Shown here: positions 59,157 to 64,000 of the stretch, piece by piece
Position numbering within the stretch: the first letter of the stretch is position 1
Layout: the number at the start of each line of letters is the position of its first letter
NCBI GenBank assembly: GCA_964430885.1
Contig: CAYSHM010000007.1
Coordinates: forward strand, 1-64,000
Length of the DNA: 64,000 nt
Source: an uncultured archaeon
GTDB lineage: Archaea > Thermoplasmatota > Penumbrarchaeia > JASLWR01
Reading direction: 5' to 3'
The notes under the pieces: generated by a model
Told to the model about the DNA's origin: nothing
What the model saw: the letters and a program-made list of their open reading frames with translations, nothing else
Databases searched by the model: none
Program-made: the position numbers and the translations under genes

Positions 59157-62100
59157 ATGACTATGGAATACTGTATGATATGCGGCAAGTACTACTGCAG
59201 CAAAGAGAACCTTTGCGATAATTGTCAAGGACTTAGAAATACTCCAATACACTCGGGGTCCGTGGAGCTTGCCAGGAAATTGACTGAATATAAAATACCT
59301 TTCCGCATGGCGGAAGATTTCCAGAGAGAACTCCAACAAAAGCAATGGGAGGCCATTGATTCTGAAATAGAAAATATATTCGATTCCTTATCTGACCCTG
59401 TAGAGGATAGTATTTCTCCAATGCTTCTCAATATCATTGGTAATTATTATCATATCAGGAATGAACCTATGACCGCACTTGACTATTATGAAAAAGCATT
59501 GGGGACCCGGAATGGATGTGTTTGGGCCCTTGAAGGGACAGCTTTGACAAATAAGGTTCAGGGATCCCGTAAAAAATCCAGAGAACTCCTGGCAGATTTT
59601 TATCGGAAACGGTTATCCCTGGAGGACAATATCCTACTGAACACCGAACTGCCCGACCCAGATGAACCTCCGCTTCCCCCGGGATTGGATAATCCTGAAA
59701 ATACGGTAAGAGTTTTCGAGGAGAAGCAAAGATTGCTTATGGATGAATATAAAAGTGAAATGCCTGCAAACAAGGATCTGGAGTTGATCAAAGATCAAAT
59801 GGTCGAATTGCTGCTGGAAAATGACTTATCTGGCCTGGAGGTTTGGAATCGGGTCGGTGAGGGAATACTCAATAATTTAGATGAAGTCAAAAAAGAAATT
59901 CCCAAGTTCATGAAATTTCGGAATGAGATCAAGAAGATGATCGAAAAGGAAGTAGATATTGGTGATATCCAATGTCAGGTGAAGATCGCGGAAAATGAAC
60001 TGGGTTTTTCAAATAACAATTTCAAGGAGAACTTTCAGAAGGCAAGGAAGAAATATTCCCGTTCCAAGAAGAACATTCTGATACAGGTAATGAAGAAAGC
60101 GCTTGAAAAGGTGGGGGAAGAACTTGGCGGGATCCTCTCTCTACCCTGGGAAGGCGAAAGAGTGGAAAAATGCATGCAGAGGCATCTGGAAACATTAAAG
60201 CTGATAGAGAAAGGGGATCTAGGCGGTACCAAGAAAGGATTGGACTGTCTGAAAAGTGATATCACTGAAATGATGAAAGGCTTGTTGAATAATATCTGTA
60301 ATAAAATTACTGATATGACAGAGAAGGCTGAAAAAGAGAAGCTACAAAAGCTTTCTGATAGTGCTGTAGAATACCTGGGAAAAAATGATAATCTTGCCGT
60401 ATTGAATATAATTAGAGATATCAAGAAAGGTTTGGAGAAGATATCTGATGTTGCCGAAACAGACCTGGATAATATCGAGGATACTGTTGATGATGTGATG
60501 TCCTTTCTGGAGGTTGTAGATGAAAAGGCAAGCTCTAAGGATGGAGAAATAAATGAATCTAGCTCTGAAAAACCTGAGCCCATCCATGCACCCGAAATTC
60601 CGGGACAATTTGAAAAGGAACATGGTGAAGAGAAAGGGGATGCTTTTGATGTTATAGGCGACATTGAAGGTCTTTTCCAGGATGGGACTGAGGAATATGT
60701 GCCTGATAAAGAAAATAAATATCAGGAAGAACCGCCTATCCCAATGGAGAAACCTGATGAAGCAGAGATGGACTTTTTCGACAACATTTCCGGATTAATT
60801 GAAGATGATACAGCCCCGGAAGATCATGACGATCCTGAACCTTTCGATCTATTGCATTCATCCTTCGACCCGGAACCCCTGCCATTGGAAGAACCTAATG
60901 AATCCGGACATGAGATGGCGGAGGAAACTTTTCCTCCACTCCCAGTCCCCGGGGATAAAGAACTGGAAGTTCTAAGCCTGGTAAAACCCCATGAAGAATC
61001 CCTTTTACCTCCCGATTCTGTCATCAGGGACGATATTGAGATGATATTTTCCCAACCGCCTCCTGATAATATAATCCCTGACGGAGAACCATTAACTGAT
61101 ACCATACCTGGAGATATACTACCGCCTCTCAACATAGAGCCTCCTGTGGAACCCAAAGAAGATATACTGCCCCCTGAAGTGATAGTAGCGAATCTTTTAA
61201 GGGATAAGATCGAGAGAAGAAGGGTCAAGTTGGAGACATGGAAAGAAAAGATGTATCGATCGGGCATGGACAATTCCCAGGTCATTCGACTGCTTGAGAT
61301 CCTTGATGACCCCAAAAGAGAAATGGAACTGAAAACCTCATTGGAAGAGATAGAAAGCGCCATAGCCTACTGCAAAGAACAGTGGGCAGAATGGAAACTG
61401 GATATGTCGAATATTCTTGACCATACTGAAGAAATGATAAGCCAAGCTTCACTTGAAGGACTTGAAACCCAGGATGTGGAACTTGCATTGAAGCTTACCA
61501 GGGATTCATTCAAATCAGGGAACCTTGTAGATGCAAAAGAGAGAGCGGAACTGATACAGGAGGAACTGGGAAACAAAAGAAAAAGACAGGTTTTCAGATC
61601 AAGGTTAGAGGATTTCCGTATTGCCATAGATGCTGAAAAGCATAACATCAAGAACATTGACATACCGGTGGTAAGGGAACTGGAGGAATTATTTCTGAAG
61701 GCTGACGAAGCCGAGGAAGAGGAAAACTTCGATGAGCTGGCCGGTTTATTGGATATAGGGGAAATAATCGTATCAAACATAATTGGAATAGAGGAAAGCC
61801 TTTTTGAATTCTATGACCAGAAAAAAGAGATTGAGAAATTGAGGGGAAAAGGGGTTTCCACAGGCAGCATATTGATGGAAATGGAATCTGCGGAAGATAA
61901 GATCGGTAAGGACAAGGATGCTTTCCTATATCATTATGAGAAACTTCTAACCCTATTCGGAAAAGCGAAAAGACAGGTTCTGGCCCAGTTGATCCGGGTT
62001 TCATTGGATAAGAGCAAAAGGGATCTGGACCTGGTCAAGGAGCTGGGTTTGGACAATATGATAATTGAACAGATAGAGGATATTTGGCTTACTGCCTCCT

Positions 62101-64000
62101 CCCACCTGGAAAGAGAGGAATATATCGCTGCTGAAAGAACCCTTGATAACCTGACCGCCAAGATAATGGAAGGATTTGATAGCAAACTCACTTTGTTGAA
62201 GAACGACATCACCCAGATAATTGACGGAGAAAGGATGACTGAACTTATCCATGAGCTGAATGCTGCATTGGACCTGTACTCGTCCCGGAATTTCGAAGAG
62301 CTTTTCAGACACATTGGCTCCTTGATTGAAAGGATAGATGTCGCCTCCTTTGAACAGAAAACCATTTCCATACTATCCCGGATCACTGAAGAGCTTTACA
62401 TCTACAAGGAAAAACTTGGAAATAATATAGTAATTGAGGACATCCAGAGATACAAAAAAGAGGCGCGGGAATTGGCCCGGGAAGGTGACGAGGAAGAGAC
62501 CAAGAACCGTATAGAACAGATACAGATCTCAATTGAAAAACTTGAAGAGATGGTAGAAGTTTTCGAGGAGATCAATAATTTCAAACATGGTATCTTGGCA
62601 GAGGACCATCCGGAGGAATTGACGAAAAATGTCCTGTATGAACTGGATATTGCTGAATCCATGCTGGATTCAAACATTGGATTTGCAAGAAGATATATAG
62701 CAAATGCCGAAAAGCTTATAGTCGAGGAGTCAAAGAAAATTGTTATCAGGGACATCAAAAGGATCCTCAAGGAGAGCAGATCAACCCAGAACATACTGAA
62801 AAATGAGGATTTTGATCTTAATAGCATTATAAAGCACCACATCGTAATAGAGGAACTTCTAAAGAACGACAAGGTAAATGATGCCCGCAATATGTCTTTG
62901 GTATTGAAACAGGAACTAGATTCAATCAAGAAGAGAGGTCTTACCCGAATACTGAAAAAAAGGATGGTTTCCCTTCAGAACCATGTTTCCAACCTGTTCC
63001 AATCCGGGTTTGAGCTCGGGGAAGTGGATGAGCTTCTTGAAAAGGTAGGAGCTGCTGTGGCCACCGGAGACATTGAGAGTGCGTTAATCGAGATGGAAAA
63101 GGCCGAAGAAAAGGTTGATGAACTCCTCACATACAAGGATATAATCCAGATGTTCAAACAGATAAGGCAGGAACTTGATGAGCTGAGCAATAAAGGTGTG
63201 GATGTCAGTCAGGGAGAGAAAATCCTTCACAGCTCCAGAGCACCGCTCCAGAAGGGAGATTATAATACTGTGATCCAGTATGGTGAACAGTGCCGAAAAT
63301 TGATAGAGCTGTATCACGAACAGGCTGAACTTCTCCAAAAGCTCAAATCCCTGGAAAGCGAGATCCGCGAAGCCAAACTGATAAGGGTCAATGTAAAGGA
63401 AGCTGCTGAAGAAGTTGAGAGAGCCCGGATACATATAACCGAATTCAAGTTCAAGGAAGCTAGAATTGCTATGGAAGCTACAAGGGAAAGGCTCAGGGAT
63501 TCCATAAAGATCTTCCATGAGACCATGGAACTGGTCAAAATGGCCAGGACGAAGATCGATGAATCCCGGAAAATTGGAATAGATGTGTCTGACCTGGAAG
63601 ACATGTTCATGAGACTTAAACGGATGCTGGGTGAGGAAAAATATGATCTTTCCAAACGCATCGCCAAGAATGTTATGGAAAAAGCTCTGTCAGCCCAGCT
63701 CCTGCAATTCTCACAGACCGAGCAGAAGGTCAAGGATACCAAATCAACTGAAGGGACCGAATTCGATGAGGAAACGGAGGATATCCTTAACTCTTTATAT
63801 AGCGATGACGATCAATTAGGGGCCGGACCTGCTGTATCACTGAAACCCATTTATAAAAGCTCTTCTGAAACCAAAACCGATATCGGAACAATGCCCACAG
63901 AAAGTTTGCTGTCAGATATCCAAAACAGATATCAGAACATGGACGACGATATTTCAGTCTGTCCCCACTGCTCAGGCAAGATAGCAAAGGGAAGCGCGTT
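59157..64000 (+). CDS. Giant (>1600 aa) helical-repeat/coiled-coil protein with terminal Zn ribbons; truncated by the window edge and absent from the ORF track
   Basis: I read the frame from ATG 59157 to the edge and found no stop codon. Starts MTMEYCMICGKYYCSKENLCDNC and ends ...SVCPHCSGKIAKGSA. Confidence 0.88.
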   Translation, partial: MTMEYCMICGKYYCSKENLCDNCQGLRNTPIHSGSVELARKLTEYKIPFRMAEDFQRELQQKQWEAIDSEIENIFDSLSDPVEDSISPMLLNIIGNYYHIRNEPMTALDYYEKALGTRNGCVWALEGTALTNKVQGSRKKSRELLADFYRKRLSLEDNILLNTELPDPDEPPLPPGLDNPENTVRVFEEKQRLLMDEYKSEMPANKDLELIKDQMVELLLENDLSGLEVWNRVGEGILNNLDEVKKEIPKFMKFRNEIKKMIEKEVDIGDIQCQVKIAENELGFSNNNFKENFQKARKKYSRSKKNILIQVMKKALEKVGEELGGILSLPWEGERVEKCMQRHLETLKLIEKGDLGGTKKGLDCLKSDITEMMKGLLNNICNKITDMTEKAEKEKLQKLSDSAVEYLGKNDNLAVLNIIRDIKKGLEKISDVAETDLDNIEDTVDDVMSFLEVVDEKASSKDGEINESSSEKPEPIHAPEIPGQFEKEHGEEKGDAFDVIGDIEGLFQDGTEEYVPDKENKYQEEPPIPMEKPDEAEMDFFDNISGLIEDDTAPEDHDDPEPFDLLHSSFDPEPLPLEEPNESGHEMAEETFPPLPVPGDKELEVLSLVKPHEESLLPPDSVIRDDIEMIFSQPPPDNIIPDGEPLTDTIPGDILPPLNIEPPVEPKEDILPPEVIVANLLRDKIERRRVKLETWKEKMYRSGMDNSQVIRLLEILDDPKREMELKTSLEEIESAIAYCKEQWAEWKLDMSNILDHTEEMISQASLEGLETQDVELALKLTRDSFKSGNLVDAKERAELIQEELGNKRKRQVFRSRLEDFRIAIDAEKHNIKNIDIPVVRELEELFLKADEAEEEENFDELAGLLDIGEIIVSNIIGIEESLFEFYDQKKEIEKLRGKGVSTGSILMEMESAEDKIGKDKDAFLYHYEKLLTLFGKAKRQVLAQLIRVSLDKSKRDLDLVKELGLDNMIIEQIEDIWLTASSHLEREEYIAAERTLDNLTAKIMEGFDSKLTLLKNDITQIIDGERMTELIHELNAALDLYSSRNFEELFRHIGSLIERIDVASFEQKTISILSRITEELYIYKEKLGNNIVIEDIQRYKKEARELAREGDEEETKNRIEQIQISIEKLEEMVEVFEEINNFKHGILAEDHPEELTKNVLYELDIAESMLDSNIGFARRYIANAEKLIVEESKKIVIRDIKRILKESRSTQNILKNEDFDLNSIIKHHIVIEELLKNDKVNDARNMSLVLKQELDSIKKRGLTRILKKRMVSLQNHVSNLFQSGFELGEVDELLEKVGAAVATGDIESALIEMEKAEEKVDELLTYKDIIQMFKQIRQELDELSNKGVDVSQGEKILHSSRAPLQKGDYNTVIQYGEQCRKLIELYHEQAELLQKLKSLESEIREAKLIRVNVKEAAEEVERARIHITEFKFKEARIAMEATRERLRDSIKIFHETMELVKMARTKIDESRKIGIDVSDLEDMFMRLKRMLGEEKYDLSKRIAKNVMEKALSAQLLQFSQTEQKVKDTKSTEGTEFDEETEDILNSLYSDDDQLGAGPAVSLKPIYKSSSETKTDIGTMPTESLLSDIQNRYQNMDDDISVCPHCSGKIAKGSA

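Noticed and set aside
58994-63987. Many minus-strand ORFs of 60-209 aa
   Set aside because: They are Ser/Phe/Leu-rich antisense shadows of the long Glu/Lys-rich + strand ORF starting at 59157.
1-64000. CRISPR arrays, tRNA/rRNA genes, transposases, integrases, defence systems
   Set aside because: None recognised by eye. Intergenic gaps are short and no spaced direct repeats were seen; a covariance-model scan could still find small RNAs.

Overview
Gene-dense chromosomal window with no mobile elements, CRISPR arrays, tRNAs or rRNAs that I could recognise. It is very probably from an uncultured Thermoplasmatota archaeon: it has a group II chaperonin (thermosome), archaeal-type endonuclease IV, translin, class III signal-peptide pilin-like genes and GGTGA/GGAGG ribosome-binding sites. 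Contents in order: (1) cell-surface and transport genes, namely a four-unit DUF3068/PorA-like membrane protein, a MacB-type ABC system with a DUF2318-like protein, and a 2426-aa FG-GAP propeller/PKD protein coupled to an ABC-2 exporter; (2) upp and a complete extended reductive pyrimidine-degradation cluster (preT, preA, mmsA, hydA, nitrilase-type beta-ureidopropionase, class III aminotransferase); (3) stress and metal genes (DEAD-box helicase, hcp-cupin, HxlR, a His-rich Ni/Co transporter with a NikR-like operator); (4) chaperone and repair genes (thermosome, nfo, an unusually charged GrpE); (5) a 1215-aa SHMT + degenerate GcvT + GcvT fusion followed by gcvH, with a CDIN1/C15orf41 homologue and a LipS1-type radical SAM gene nearby; (6) pilin-like and surface genes; (7) a >1600-codon helical-repeat ORF absent from the ORF track because it runs off the right edge. 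The best leads are the apparently nested DUF3068 protein with CD36-like motifs, the serine/glycine one-carbon fusion module, and the archaeal pyrimidine-degradation cluster. All family calls come from reading motifs by eye; no database search was run.
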